Shown here: piece after piece, positions 37,711 to 51,686 of the stretch
Layout: each line of letters starts with the position of its first letter
How positions within the stretch are numbered: the stretch's first letter is position 1
Source of the DNA: Lingula anatina
Taxonomy: Eukaryota; Animalia; Brachiopoda
DNA length: 64,000 nucleotides
Direction: 5' to 3'
Assembly (NCBI GenBank): GCA_051362555.1
Contig: CM120648.1
Location: 13,884,587 to 13,948,586, forward strand
Notes under the pieces: model-generated
The model's input: the letters and a program-made list of their open reading frames with translations, nothing else
What the model was told of the DNA's origin: nothing
Databases searched by the model: none
Translations under genes and position numbers: made by a program

Positions 37711-40289
37711 CTGCAGCACACAAAGTTGGAAAAATTATAATTAATGTTATTTAATAATAATAATGTTATTTAAGAAATTAGCCTAAATTTTGATACAGAT
37801 GTTTCTCTTTTGTTCTTTGGTATTAACTCTGCACATATGGATTACAATCTCTCAGGTTAACTTCACTGTTTGGCACGTGTCATCTCACATTAATTAACAA
37901 TCAGTTCAGGTTAGCTTTATTCTTGCCTGGTAAACACAGTGATTAAGCTCTGACTATTACATAATCACTAATGTGTGACACGCGTCATCTAAAATTAATG
38001 TTAACATTGTAATGGTGCTCTTCAATCCAACCTATTCAAATTTTACCTAATTATCAATCAACTGATACCTGTCAACAAGATTGTTTGTGTATCTGGACTT
38101 CCTAAATGGTAAGTATTTTGTATAATATGACATGTTTATATCACTGATTTCTGTTCCGTCGTGTCACCTGCCAAGTGAACGGAATAAATCGACACTCAAA
38201 TTTTCCGAATCGTCACAATTCCAAGATGCCTCTTAGTGATTATGTACGTTTGCATGTCATTGGCTTCTGAGAACAAGGGGTGTGATTTAAAAACATCACC
38301 GCCCAAATGGAAAATGAAGACCATAAAGTGTCAAGACAGGCAATTAACTAAGTGTTAAAGAAATACAACTAGGGCTCTCTTTGCATCAGCTATTATAGAA
38401 ACCTAAGTGAGGCAATTAAGAAGGAGCAGAGCGTGCTTGTTGAACCGACTAATTTGGGTGTCTGATAAGGATATTACATGCCGATTTCCCTACCCTGTAA
38501 TTATCATGCAGCCTCTATTGTTCGACCATACGGGGCAGGGTTGGGAGACCATGCGGCCTTTTGGTAAGGAGACTTTCTGGCGGGACTGTAAATTGCCCCA
38601 TATGCTCTCTTGGGTGACTGGGTGGAGAGGCACCCACACCCTTGACACTACAGGCATGCTTCTGCGCTTGCTGCAGTCTTCCTGCTCATGTCTTACAGAA
38701 TGATATCTACATCCGCAATGAAATTCCTAAATGTCAAGATTTGGTAACAGTAAGTCTATTATTTCACCATAATGGCAAAACTTACATCTACTGGAAATCA
38801 GGAATATTCTGGTGTACAGCATCTTTGCACAGTTCTGTAATCCTACAGTTTTTTTAGCTGTCAAGATGTGTGCTTTAGAGTCCCATTCTGCCTCTCTATA
38901 CCATTGTTGATACCAGTTGGGATTGCTAGACTTTCATTGTACAATTGTACCCACATCTTTAAAACAAATGAATAGACTGTATAGTTTGTTCTTACATCTT
39001 ATTAGTTGATGCACTGTTAAATAGATGCATACTGTGGATAGGCAATTTTGATATTTTATATTTAATTACATAGACTCCCCCTTCAAAAAATCGACGGGAA
39101 ATAGCTCATTTTCAAATTTGAATGGACACAGTAGAAGTATATAAGCTCAAGCTCTCAAATTTTGTATATAGGTGTGATATCATGTAAAGAATAAGTGTTG
39201 TAAATTTCAATAAAATAGGTTGCGTAGATTTTGAGATAGAACACTCTGCATGTTCTGCAAACCATAACTTACGCCTTCGAGATCTCGACGAAAAACTGGA
39301 ATTGCGTTGTGACGTCATTCCCTTGTATTTGGAAAGTTGCTGGATGATTTTCTGGTGTGAATGACTTCATTTTTTATCAAAATATTAAGTAAATGACTTT
39401 GCAAACTATGCATATTGGTTTTTTCAAGTGAAAAAAGATATTTAAGACTAAGTTGTGTTTTTTTTTAATTGGATTTATATTTCATTGTTGTCTCATGTTT
39501 TCATATCATTTCAAGAAAGTACAAACGCTTCACAAATTTGGCTTTTAATACTGTTTGGAGCGTGTGAGGTGTCATATATGTTTGTAGAAATTGTATTTGA
39601 AATTAATCTCAAGTAAATGTACTGAGAACGAACTCAAGACCCACAAATAGTGTCTGGTCATAATACGATTTTCCTTTTCTCAAAGACCACATGTTTGCAC
39701 TACAATCATACAATATAGCCCTAATTACATATACCTCCCCATTTTAATCAAAACGGAAAAATGAAGACACCCATTTTATCATTTTCAAGAAAACAATGTG
39801 ACAGAAAAACAAACAATCACAGACAACAGAATTTACAACAGACGTGAATCATCTAGCAAATAAAGGGGCACAAATTTATGTACATTTCTAAATCTGTAAT
39901 ATTAATCTTCCTAACCAAACATGTACTGCAATGATAACTCTGTTCAACACATGGAATAACTTCACACAGATCTTTTTAAAAAATTATGATTCAGAAAATA
40001 AATCTGCAATAAACAAATAGACAAACACAGACCACAGGAGTCCCTTTCTTCAGTAACGGCCACAGATCGGCAGACAGATCAGGGGTCACAAAAATTATTT
40101 ACATTAGGCCCTACATTATAAATGGCTCTTGGAGGTAACTCTTATTGGTGCTATGAACACAATTAATAACAAGTATGTGTGTGTTTGTTTTGTGTACATA
40201 TGTCTGTTTTATCCTTTTTGGTAATAATAATAATAATAATTAATGTTTAAAAACTATTAATGATAAACAATATACATGTTAAAAAGAAC

Positions 40290-42600
40290 TCAACCAATAT
40301 TTATCTTTAATTCAGATGACTGCCAGCAGTTATAACACAGAAAAACGTCCAAAAATGTGCGGGTTTTAGCGCAGGAGAGATGTTCTTGTGCGTTGCAGAC
40401 GACGCACCGTATAAACTCATACACCTCCTCCACCAACTCAGTAGTGCTACTGCTTTTTGGCTCAATACTGTTACAAATGCTGCAGATTGGTGCTGGCAGA
40501 TAAGGTGTATTTGGTGCCTCGGTTCCTTCCCGCGGTTCTGCAAGGAAGAAATTTCCCTCTGCTACAATGCCTTTTTTTTGCCTTCTTTCCATCTGCTTTC
40601 TTCCTTCTCCTCTTTCTCCTTGATCATTAATTGTTTTCTACATTTCACCTCCAAGGCCTTCTGTGCCTTTCGATCTCGTACCTCAGCCTTCTTCCTCCCC
40701 CTCTCTTCGCCCACTCTTCTCTTCTCCTCCTCCTCCATTCTTCGCTTAGCAGCATCTTTCTAGGTGCTCTGTTGTTTTCTACGAATTTGTCAGCCTTTAT
40801 TGCCTGTGGGTTGAATGGATATACCCCTGTCATTTTAAAAGATGCTGCTACTTTTACTGGTGTGAGTGCTCTCCTTTGCGAAGATTTAAAAATTTGTGAA
40901 AATTTAAAAAACTACTTTGTATCAGATGCTAAAACTTACTTGACAACGCAGGATGTTTACGCAAAGCATGCCAGGGAAAATAGCGAAAAAAAGCATGTAC
41001 TTCCAGTTTTCGTCGATTTCTTGAAGGGCGAGTCTAGGTTGTTTAATATCAGATATTTTGTAACAGTGCCAATAAATAAACTGCTACAGTAGTGGTACAG
41101 TTGTTTCTTACATATTTCTGGGTACACTACTTTACTCAATCTCATGATCAGGCTCCCATATGTTTGAGAAGTATTTTGCAATTAGGTCAGTGTGTGCTGG
41201 AGAAGTTTTAAGATGAAAAAGTTTTTCTCAGATTCTTTCTGGACTTAGATCTTCACCACCTGTATCAAGTTCAGCAAGGTGTTCTTGCCCTCCAAGCTCA
41301 CACCATGGCAGGATTTACTACCATATTAGCCAAGCTTGCTTATGATGGAATAAAAAGAGTTGTATCTGAATAAGATGATAAACAGAACAAATAACTGAAA
41401 AACAAATCTAGAAACATATTTTATTGCATTTATTTCTGGTCTACCAATTTGTTGGTCATAATAGATTTTGATTTTTAGTATCTGAAGTGCTTCTTTTGTA
41501 GCACCTTCTGTTTCATTGTGTGGTATAAAACATGCCACAGCTGTGCTTCTGGTGTTTGCAGGCACCTTCAAAAAACAAGAAATTGGACTGCATACATATC
41601 ATCATAACTGTTTCCACAAGGCTCAAATTGAGATAGTTGTCCTGTATGTTGCAGTCAATATTTAACGGATGGTAATAGAATATTTTTCCAGTCCATTAAG
41701 CTCCTCCTTTATCTGGTTTATCTAGAGTTCCAGGATTTGTCTTGTGGTGGTTCTTGACCTCTGCCACAAATACAAAATAAGTTCATATATTTATTTAAAA
41801 CAAGGTTTATACAGAGAGGAGGAAAATGGCTTGTAGCATTCTATGCTCTCCTTGCTATCACTGGTTTCATATGCAACTGACAGGGACTCTCTGGGAGGTC
41901 TTTTGTATTCACCCTGGCCACTTTTACTCTAAAACAATTTTTGTGTGTTTTTATTAATGATAATTGGGGAACATCCCTTCAATATGATCATAGGTGGCAG
42001 CAGCTGACCAGCAGCACTGCCACACACCACGGCTGTCTGGTGGTTTAATTTGCATTAGTGACTTCCCTCTCATGCAGGATCTGTTTCCCTTTCTTTGTAA
42101 CAACTTTAGCACTTGCTCGAGACTGATAATAAGTTTAATCTACATTGAAGATGTCACTTGAACTGACAATGTTGTTAAACCTGAGGGTTTCTTTCAACAT
42201 TTCTAAATGGGATTCTGCAACCAAAGGTTAGGACATGACAGCTTTGCCTCTGAAAATAAAACTTTCTTTAGGCCCACATTCTCTTACAAATTGTGAACAT
42301 TTTAGGATCAAATAAAACAAAATTGCAATGATAATTATTATTATTATTTACAAAAATCTATTAATTAATCACATTTTTTGCAGAGAAAGCTCAGGGTGTC
42401 TTTGTCTTAGGTGCCACCACCATATATCTGACACCAAAATCTCTACACTTTCGTCCCTTTGCTTCACTATCCCCTTGGCAAAGTGTCCCATTAATTCTCT
42501 TGTCCAAGGAAACCCTTAGTCTGCCATTAGCATGGCATATGCTATGAAAACTTCCTCATTTTCTGGGATCATATTTTATTCCTCTTCGGTGTACCCTTCA
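40290..42600 (-). pseudogene. pogo/Tigger-like transposase remnant (CENPB-type HTH, DDE_1, C-terminal PHD finger), interrupted
   Basis: GFPWTRE..WWWHLRQRHPELSL, IFNVD*T, CGSAAGQLLPPMII, TGVYPFNPQAI, a K/E-rich linker and CSIC..RCVVC...HLSC...FLCYNC. Confidence 0.75.
41330..41760 (-). pseudogene. MULE-type transposase fragment lying within the pogo remnant
   Basis: VPANTRSTAVACFIPHNETEGATKEALQILK ... EINAIKYV resembles the MULE catalytic-domain pattern. Confidence 0.55.
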
Positions 42601-44964
42601 GTCTTCCTTATATGATAGCAAATAAAAAACAAAGCTATGAAATTTATTAAGTATTGATGCAGTATTCCCCGTAAAAAGTACAACAGGATAACTCTGGAAA
42701 GCAAGACAGGGAAGAGAAATGAGTTAAGACTGGAATAAAGCAGTGAATACTAAAAAAATGCTGTTATATGACAAATCATTTCTCCAAGTTTTATTGTAGT
42801 TTTTTTTTTTTTTTATTGTTATCAATATCAACAAATATGCAAAATTTATACTTTTATTACCAGTGCATGTTCAGGAATATTGTTCACTGATCCATTACTT
42901 TCATTCCATTATGGATATCTGTAACCTGAGGTCACATTTAAGATTTGACAATTTGAAGTATATTAAACCTACATGTACCACAAAGACAATTCATTCTGCA
43001 AAAAATTTTTCAACTTTATTGCAGCATTCAGAAAGTATTCTATATATCTATCTTTTTGAAAATGAACGCAAAACTGTTTTGTATTTTCATTCCTCAGAAA
43101 ACCAGAAGAGACTGGAAACAGAATAAACATCTACCTTTATCAGCTAACATTTCCAGCCTTTGACATTTTTATCACATGAAAATTGTATAAGGTTGAGTAA
43201 GCAACTTTCCATGTTTGTTTACTTTCTCCTTCAGCATGTGTGTCTGAAAACAAGATGCCTCTTCATAAAAAACAAATATCCACTGTTTGGTCATTGGTAA
43301 TGGGAAAAGCTCTTCTTTACAGTACACTTTAAAAACTCTTTCACCATCTATTTTGGCTAGATGTCACTGAATCTTGTTCTTTGAATTTATTTGTTAAGTG
43401 ACTGTATGTGTGCCGTGACTGTATGTGTGTTTTGTCTTTTTTTGCATGTGCCCCATGAATACCAAATCATATTTTTGTTTTACATCAAATTTGCTGAGTG
43501 ACTTTTTTGTAAAATGGCAAGTTTATTCACAAAATGAGTATGATTTGATTTTTATCAAGTATGTATGTATAGTTTTGAAAATTTTGTTTCATTTTTTGTT
43601 TGGTGTCTGTGTATATTTGCCAGCTTTGCTGTCTTTTGTTATGTTTGCTCATCTTATGGTTTTAGTATAAAATTTGTATGCAGCAATTGTATTTAAGTAA
43701 TATGCAGTAAATTGTTTCATAATAATTTACTTGAAATTAAACATTTCCTAACTCTCTGTAAGAAGTCTTTTTTTTTTTCAAATTTATATATGTACACAGT
43801 TGTGATCTATTTGCACTTACTAGTCTAATTAAAAAATGAATATTTACTTTTTGTGCTTATTTTATGATTTTTGAAAAACTTAACAAATAAAATTAAGTGA
43901 GAGGACAAGGCATATTTCTTATTTTAATTGTTCAGAATTTTTATTGAGTTCAGTTGCCTAAAAGCAGTGGTAAACTAAGTACCAGTGAAAACTGAGTTAT
44001 GACATTGTTAAGGTCTGTTATTATTAGCATCAAGTAATTTCCCACCCAGAAATTACCTTAAATCTTTCGATGACTTTACTTCTGATTGTTTCATAAGTAT
44101 CTGTTTAATCATTACAAATGATAACTTTGGGCTGAACACTTAGACATCTACAGTGATTAGATAGAAGGTACATTTTATTGGCAGCAAACTCAAGTCTTTC
44201 TACATTTGTTTAAGGCTATAGTTACTGTATGAAATACATGTATGAACACAGTACAGATAAATAAACATGGGAACATTTTTCAAATGTACAAATTTAATTA
44301 AAGTATATTGTACACATGTATATAAATATTGTTATTATTATTCATTGACTACTGATATGTAAAAATTCTTTTAAGATGTAATTTTTGTCATTGCGTACTT
44401 GTAATATTTAAGAAATTTTATGATTTAATCAATTGCATTTATAAATTTAACGCAGTTCTTAAGAATGTAATTTAATGTTTTTTCTGTCTTTGTTAAAATT
44501 ATCATTTTAATATTATAATGTAGCAATCAACGTTAGATTTGAATAAATAGTTTTAAAATATTTGTTGTATTTTATGGCTTGGAGGTAGATATTGTCAATG
44601 AAAATAATGATCAATTATGAAGGGGTGTTCAACAGTTGTTTTTGGGGTGCCTTTTAAATTAGAATAAAATATATCCTAGCCATATGTTATTTTATAGCAG
44701 TACTGTTTTGAAAATGATGTAAAGTAAATGCAGTATTAGTGACCAAGTCCGGATGACCTTTTGCTTCCAAGAGTGCTTTATTTTACAGTTAATCCCACTG
44801 ATTTGGCCAAAGATTATAACAAAAATTTCAAAGATAATAACTAAAGCCTCTGGAGAGAAGTTTGATACATAATTAACCATTAGTTTGTTAATAGATCACT
44901 ATCAAAATGTATTTTTTTTTGTACCAAGTCCCCTACCAATACCAGGCAGGTAATTAAATAGTTA

Positions 44965-45070
44965 TTATGCACCACCAAAATCTGATCGATTTTTACTCGG
45001 TCCACTCGACAGTGTCTATAATTTTCATCTAAGTCTCTCCTGTTAGTTCTTGCATAATGTTGCTAATAGA
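44965..45070 (+). mobile_element. Degenerate fragment related to the 813-1041 HINE-like element
   Basis: CACCACCAAAA...ATTTTCATC...ATGTTGCT is collinear with 890-985. Confidence 0.4.
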
Positions 45071-45369
45071 TGGCTTGCTTGTATATGTCAATAAACTCGG
45101 ATTTTTTTCTTTTTTTTTTCTTATGGAGCACATTTGGGTTAACGTGTGTATACATGTGTGATATTGAAATACTATCAAAATAACATTTAACACAAATACT
45201 ACAGCCCATGAATAGCGCCCGCAAATATCTAAGTGTTATAGCGGCTTTGCAGCATCTTTCTCTTTATTTTTGACATTACCCCCTCCGTTGTACGTAAATC
45301 AAACCCGACACTAAAGAATTCCACGACACTCGTATGACTATGAAATGCACAGGGATAGCTTGTATTAGT

Positions 45370-46190
45370 AAACTGATCAACGTTCAATCAATGAACGTAT
45401 AACATATTACCTTGAGAATATGAACATCTTAGTGGATGAGCAAAACGGATTTAGAGGAAACCAATCATGCGAGGATCACATACCTGTATTTACTCTAAAT
45501 AACCTTATAAAAACAGCAACAGACTCTTCTTAAATTTTAAAGACTTAAAAATACTGTGATTTCATTGACAGAGATTTAAATTGTATAAACTGGTTTTACA
45601 AAACATTGACATTAAATTGTTCAATTCGGTATTTACCGAAATTCAGAATCTTGCGTGCGATTAAATAGAAAACAATTAACTTCGTTGTTAAACTATATAT
45701 AAAACAGGAGTGTTGCAAACGAGTGCCTATCAACACGGACAAGTAAAAGTGCATGCATTTCAGGAAGACGAATAAAGAATCGCACCTTACATTCACAATA
45801 AGAGAGAATAAACTAGAAACTATGAAGCAGTATAAATACTTGGGCGTTACTTTTCACTACCGACAACTTAGCATTACAGGCAGAATCATTAGCAAAAAGC
45901 ACTGGACGTGCACTTGCAAAAATTATATCAAGGATTCTCTCTTATAAAACACTTGTATTATCTAGGAGAAAATGTATAATTTTAAAATACGTTGCAACCG
46001 TTCTGGACTATATACTTCGGGAGTCTGGGGATTCTCATGGTGAAAGCACTCAATACAACTCTGATTCTCTCCGGGACACGGACTGGTCACAATGTCAGTA
46101 CGGTAGATGATTAAATATGGTGCGATTCTAGAACAAAGTGCCATCCTTTAAGCTAACTCGTCTCACGAGACGTGTGTTTGATGTGTCCTG
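45370..46190 (+). mobile_element. Degenerate LINE reverse-transcriptase region
   Basis: ILVDEQNGFRGNQSCEDHI, MHFRK...YKYLGVTF and VLDYTSGVWG motifs in shifting frames. Confidence 0.8.
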
Positions 46191-46194
46191 CCAG

Positions 46195-46501
46195 GAGGGT
46201 CTCGTGGGGGAGGGGGTTTAGTAATGACAGTTCACGGGAAATACAATCATCAAATCACAAATTGCAGTAAATAAAACTAAACATTCGTATATCACTTATA
46301 GTGCGCATCGAAAATCCTGAAAATCAGGAATCACACCAGGAATAATAACAGCGTTTCACGAATGGCAGGGCATAAAAAGGCACATTTACGACTCACGGGA
46401 ATGGGTGCTTCACGTAGATGCTAAATATAATGAATGTTTTACGCATCTTGGGAAATAAAAAGTGGCTTTCACGGGTAACGAATATTTCCAATGGGACCCT
46501 C
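46195..46501. mobile_element. Short MITE-like element
   Basis: GAGGGTC...GACCCTC ends with repeated internal TCACG(G/A) motifs. TSD not clear. Confidence 0.45.
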
Positions 46502-48109
46502 TACCAACGATGTGTAAAGAAGTGGCGCGATTATTATTTATGTAATTGAATGTTAATCTATTATTACTTTTGCCATTGTTATTTTCTATTTTTATAAGGT
46601 GTTGTCCTTGAGAAACCTGCTATCTTATTAACAAATTGTTCCATAATAGGGCCGGGGGTATACTCTTATCACCATAATAAAACAGTATTCTATTCTAGTT
46701 GTGCTTACTCTTTGTATACAGTAATTTGAACAACGACTAGAATAAACCAGTTAGCATAAAATTACAAAACGCTAAATATACATGTACAAACCTTTTGGCA
46801 CCACAAATATCTAGTAAAAGATTTACATTTCTTGAGCAATATGCAGCAGCACGTTTTAACTGCGTTGTGCTGATTATGACTATTCATCTATTCATTTCGG
46901 ATTAAGATCTCACATAGGAATCCATAGGCACGTAGAGATGGTTTGTATATATACATTACCTTGACGGAAAAAAGTTTGGGGAAAATTCGCACCATGTCTA
47001 ACACAATACTGCTCCTTTGATTTTTTTGGAGTTCATTAATTCTACCAGTGAAATGTGAAAGCTGACACTAGGTACTTGATATTATACATGATGGCTGAGA
47101 GAGGTGATTTTTTTTTTTTTTTTTTTTTTTTTTTGCCGTTTTAGCAAACCCGAATTACCTTCCCGGGGTTGGAATCGATAAAGGTGCCCTAACACATGAC
47201 GAAGACCAATGCCTAAATCGAGGCCTCTGTACGGAGGGTGGTCAACTATACATTATTACGTAAACCAGGCGAGCACTTTGCTGAGAGGTATTCGGATAGG
47301 ACCAAGGTCAGTTGGAAAAGAAGGAAGCCTAGAATTTCCACATGTAGGCCGAAATTCTGGCACTGAAACTGCAGCAATCTGTTGTGAGTACCGCAGAGAT
47401 CATATAATATAACACTGCCCATTATGTGTAAACAATATTTTCCTAAAACAGCACATATTTCAAAGAAGCTGTATTGACCACGAGGTTATGTAACTGACGT
47501 GAACATCGCTTTCTCTAAGATGTCCAAAATGAGCTTGAAGTAAAATATCTTATTTTCTGTTATTTTTCCAGAGGAAACGCTTTTGCTAATAAAAAAGAAA
47601 TAGCATTCCAGCTGTCTGCAGTCTGATTGCGTTATTCCGTCCCAAACAAAGCAAGACAACTGGGCAGGTAACTACATTCAATAATCATTATGGGTGTCCT
47701 TTTATTCCTAACGAAAGCGGTTTGTTTTTCAAAATATCAGAGTATCCCCTGCTTATTAGTAAACTGACAACAAGCAAATATTTTATAGAAAATTAGCCGC
47801 TACCAGGAAAGCAAACGGATATTTGCTAGGCTACATTCCGACCTTGATATTTCAATCTAGATTAAAAACTGACAAAACGAGTTGAAACCAAACAATTTCC
47901 CCTTCCAGGTGCTCTAGAAACGGCTACATTGTCCTCGACAAGTGTTTTATATCATCCTTCAGAACCGAAACAATGTTTATATTTATATAACCCCGGCCCA
48001 GCATTTCACAAAAAACCAAAATGATTATTTCATCAAATCTATAGATCCTCTGACAATTGTTTGCATATATCAATTTAATTCCGCAAATTATATTAGAATT
48101 CATGCCCTG

Positions 48110-48110
<1 letters not shown>

Positions 48111-48153
<43 letters not shown>
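48111..48153. repeat. (ATT)n microsatellite
   Basis: Pure trinucleotide run. Confidence 0.95.
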
Positions 48154-51007
48154 GTATAACATCAGTTCTTATGTGTACAGAACAGTATGATAGTTAGGCC
48201 TGTTTACTGTTTGATGGTAAAATGGTTTTTCATTTACTTTCAGTGCCTCTTAACTACCGTTTATGAGGAGATTGGACGCACTCCCAGCAAAGACATCAGA
48301 TTCGTGTTCGCCAGCGCCCGCACCCATGTCAACGTTGTCATGCGTGCCGAAGTTTGTCGTATAGTCAACTTGCAGGGTTGACATTTGATTAGGCTTAAAT
48401 GTATAGTTTGCTTTGGGTTGTTATATTCTGTATCAAAACGTGTATCGAATAAAGTACAGCGTGTAACGAGCGTTTTATCCATGAAACTTCTGATAAAAAT
48501 GGACTAAATCCAAGCGTCAACCCTGCACGTCACTGGTTTAACACTTAAGATATGTTACTAGGTAGTAGTACAACGATATTTTTGTTACTTGTCCATGTTT
48601 CATTGTTTATACCCGCCAGTTGTCGAACATAAATAGCCAATTCTATTTAAAAGGAAATAATGTTGTTAAAAAGTGCCTTAAGTGATGTATGAAAACAAAA
48701 ATGATAAAGTTGTAAAATTATTACCAAGCGGTGTCTAGGTAGAGCACTGTGCAATGCAAGCAGAACCGGTGCCTGCTTGGTTGTCAAATGATGCGTGTGG
48801 GCAAATTACACTTCGCTGTGCACTTGAACAAATTTTTTAAATTTATTTTAGATTAAATTCAAATTATTATTTTAATGAAGTTAACTTTTGAAAAGAAAAA
48901 CGTTTGTCGCATCTCCATTACTTAAAATGAGAATAGAAAAAATTCGAGATATAGAAATGGTGGTCATTTGAAGAAAACGAGATGTAAATCTTAATTAAAT
49001 TGTTAACGCTGCAATCCATTTATTATAAATCTTCAGAAGTAAAAGCATTGGTGACCTGCAAATTTGCTCGTGTTATTGCAGAAGTGCCCACACGTATCAC
49101 ATCAATCTTTCTGTTTGTAACTGTGACGCATTCTAAGAGTAAACTTTCTTTGGTTCCCGGTGTTTGGATCTATGTGTCTGACAGTGACAGATATATTCAG
49201 TGCTGGGAGGGGATCAAACTATTTATTTTACGAAAATCAAACCAGTGGGTAGGGGAAGATTTTTTAAAATAGATATTTGTTATTACAGTAAGAAAATACA
49301 TTGTCAACGTGATAAGTAGCCTAAAGGTTCCTATTTGGACTGCCAAAATTTCCTAGCATTGAGTCTATTTGTGCCTTGCCCATATCACAGAGCAGGAATG
49401 TTTCATCTTCACTAAGGAAAAACAGTGGGTCATAGAAAGCGACAGTGTTTTAATTCGAACTCTTTTGTCCATTAAAAAGTATACGTGGGACTGGCTTTTT
49501 ATCATCCATCACCTTTTACATTCTAAAATTTCGAAAAGTTACCTATGAAATTCATATTGTCAATATTATTGATTACATTAGCTACAGCAATGCTCTTTTG
49601 GGGGCGTAATAGGTATTTCACATTGACCAAATGAGGTTTTGTAGACGTCAACTTTTGTCAATGCTCTCCGCATAAAATAAGAAACAATTCAACAGAATTT
49701 TTAAAGTTTGTTACTTAAACTTATCAGTGTTTTAGTTTGATTGAGGTTGAACCTGGTGCTTTTTAAAAACTTTATTATGGAGGGCACCGAGTGGCGGTGG
49801 AGATCACACGTTCTGATCAGATGCCAGTCCTGCAGCACGTGCTAGTGGGTTATTTTTGCTATGTTCTTCTTGATCACTAAACATCGGAGACCAGATTGGA
49901 GTTTATAGGCATTTGCTTAATGTTCTAAATTGTTAGAATTAAAATGATTTTGGTGTTACCTTTTGAAATTTGTTTGCATATTATTCTTAGAAATGACTGT
50001 GACTGGGATAAGGTTGTAAACTGACCATGTCTTTATGTTGTTCTTGATTCGCACGACGCGCAAAACTATTCACTCAAAATTGTGTTATCAAGTACCTGTT
50101 TTAAGATTTAATGTGAAGAAAACAAATTGACGCAAGACATGAGCTACATTTATCCATGAGTAACTTGGCCAGTCGCACAAAATGAATAAATTTGGGAAAC
50201 CTTTGTGTTTTTTTTGTGCGATCATCAGCATTGAGACATGTCACAAGGTATCAAGTAAGCGCATGCTTATTATATCTGGGGTGGCAATTACATCAGAAAG
50301 GATGCATTTTGATTTTTTAATATCGTTAATACCACCGAATTTAGAGAATATGTCCCTGGGTAAAATTTACGATAGTTTCTAAGACGTAAAACTTAGGTCA
50401 ACTTAGAACAAATATGTAAAATAGAATGCTTTTAACATTCCGATTTGTAAATTGGTTCTGTGCAAAATCATACAAACTTTATGTATAGTGTAGCATTCCT
50501 AAGCCTCTTTTTTTTCTATTAAAACTGTTAATTTTTTGAGCTGCTTTTTTTCAATCAAAACTGTTATATTTTTGAGCTGCTATATTCATAATGCTTAGAC
50601 TTTTCGAAATGTCTTACATGGGTATAGTGGAACTTTTTTGTGTTTCAGCTCGCTTTAAATTTTGGCGATTTTTTGTGAAAGAAAAAATTCTTTTTATTAA
50701 GAGAAAATGTAATCGCGATTTTCTAACATCTTTTTCTTATGAAATTGCTTTATTTCATTTCAATTGTAAAATAAACATGAATGTTATACCTTATCTCAAG
50801 ATATGTAAGCTGTCTACACCTGAACTGTCTAGCATCGTGTTCTGCAGTTTCCCTCGAACCCTTGTTCTCCCGCTTTTTGCTGTTCTAGTCAGCCGTCCTA
50901 CCTGCTGAGCTATTGACTCAACTTGTCTCTAGTCACTCTTATCATCTTCTTGTAGTAATTCAAATTGCTTATTTGGAATTTTTTGGCAAAAGGTAATTTG
51001 CTGGGAC

Positions 51008-51083
51008 CTAGAAACGCCAGGAATCGAACTCGGGACCTTCTGTGTCTGAGCCAAGCGCGCTACCTACTCCTCTAAGTGTTCCC
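51008..51083 (-). pseudogene. tRNA-derived sequence (pseudogene or SINE head)
   Basis: B-box GAGTTCGATTCC and A-box-like TAGAGGAGTAGGTAG at tRNA spacing. D and anticodon stems do not pair well. Confidence 0.55.
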
Positions 51084-51548
51084 ACCCACCCTCCCCGGGT
51101 AGACTTTCCTCTTATAGTAACCAACAGTAAATTATAAAAGTCCCTCTAGTTAATTTTCTAGTACAGAAGCCAAGAATCGAACCCCAACCCCGGGTCACCA
51201 CTGAGTCCTACAACATTAAATAAAAATACTAAGACAGTTTGCATATTTGAGAAGTTTTTATTTAGTGCAAAACAAATATCCATTACAAGTTTGTATTCGT
51301 TCGTTTTTTAAGAACATCTGCCTGTAAAACTACATTTTATTAAATCTTTTCATCACTACAAGTTTAAAGGTTCGGGTATGTAAAACAAATTTGTGATATC
51401 TTTATTGGCACTCACTTAAAGTTGCAAAAACAAAGTTTTATCTATTGGGTTTGACAAATAAACTATCAACTAAACAACTCGTCTTATGTCAGATATTATT
51501 GATCATGATGATACAAAGCAAAATGTTTCAAGAGTTTCATTTTAAAAA

Positions 51549-51686
51549 CAGTGGTGGATCCAGTGTTCCTTCCCCGGAAGGAGGAATCACCCATTGTGGA
51601 TTTACATAACCAAGCCCGAAATGACTCCAAATTTCCCAAATGTCAACATCTGACTCCATAAATTAAATGTCCTTGATCCACCAGTG
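51549..51686. mobile_element. Short degenerate hAT-type MITE
   Basis: CAGTGGTGGATCCAG ... CTTGATCCACCAGTG imperfect TIR. No TSD seen. Confidence 0.4.

Noticed and set aside
39070-39330. Possible terminal sequence of the pogo element
   Set aside because: It looks transposon-like, but no matching inverted end was found in the window.
51008-51083. Functional tRNA gene
   Set aside because: D and anticodon stems do not pair, so it is kept only as a tRNA-derived remnant.
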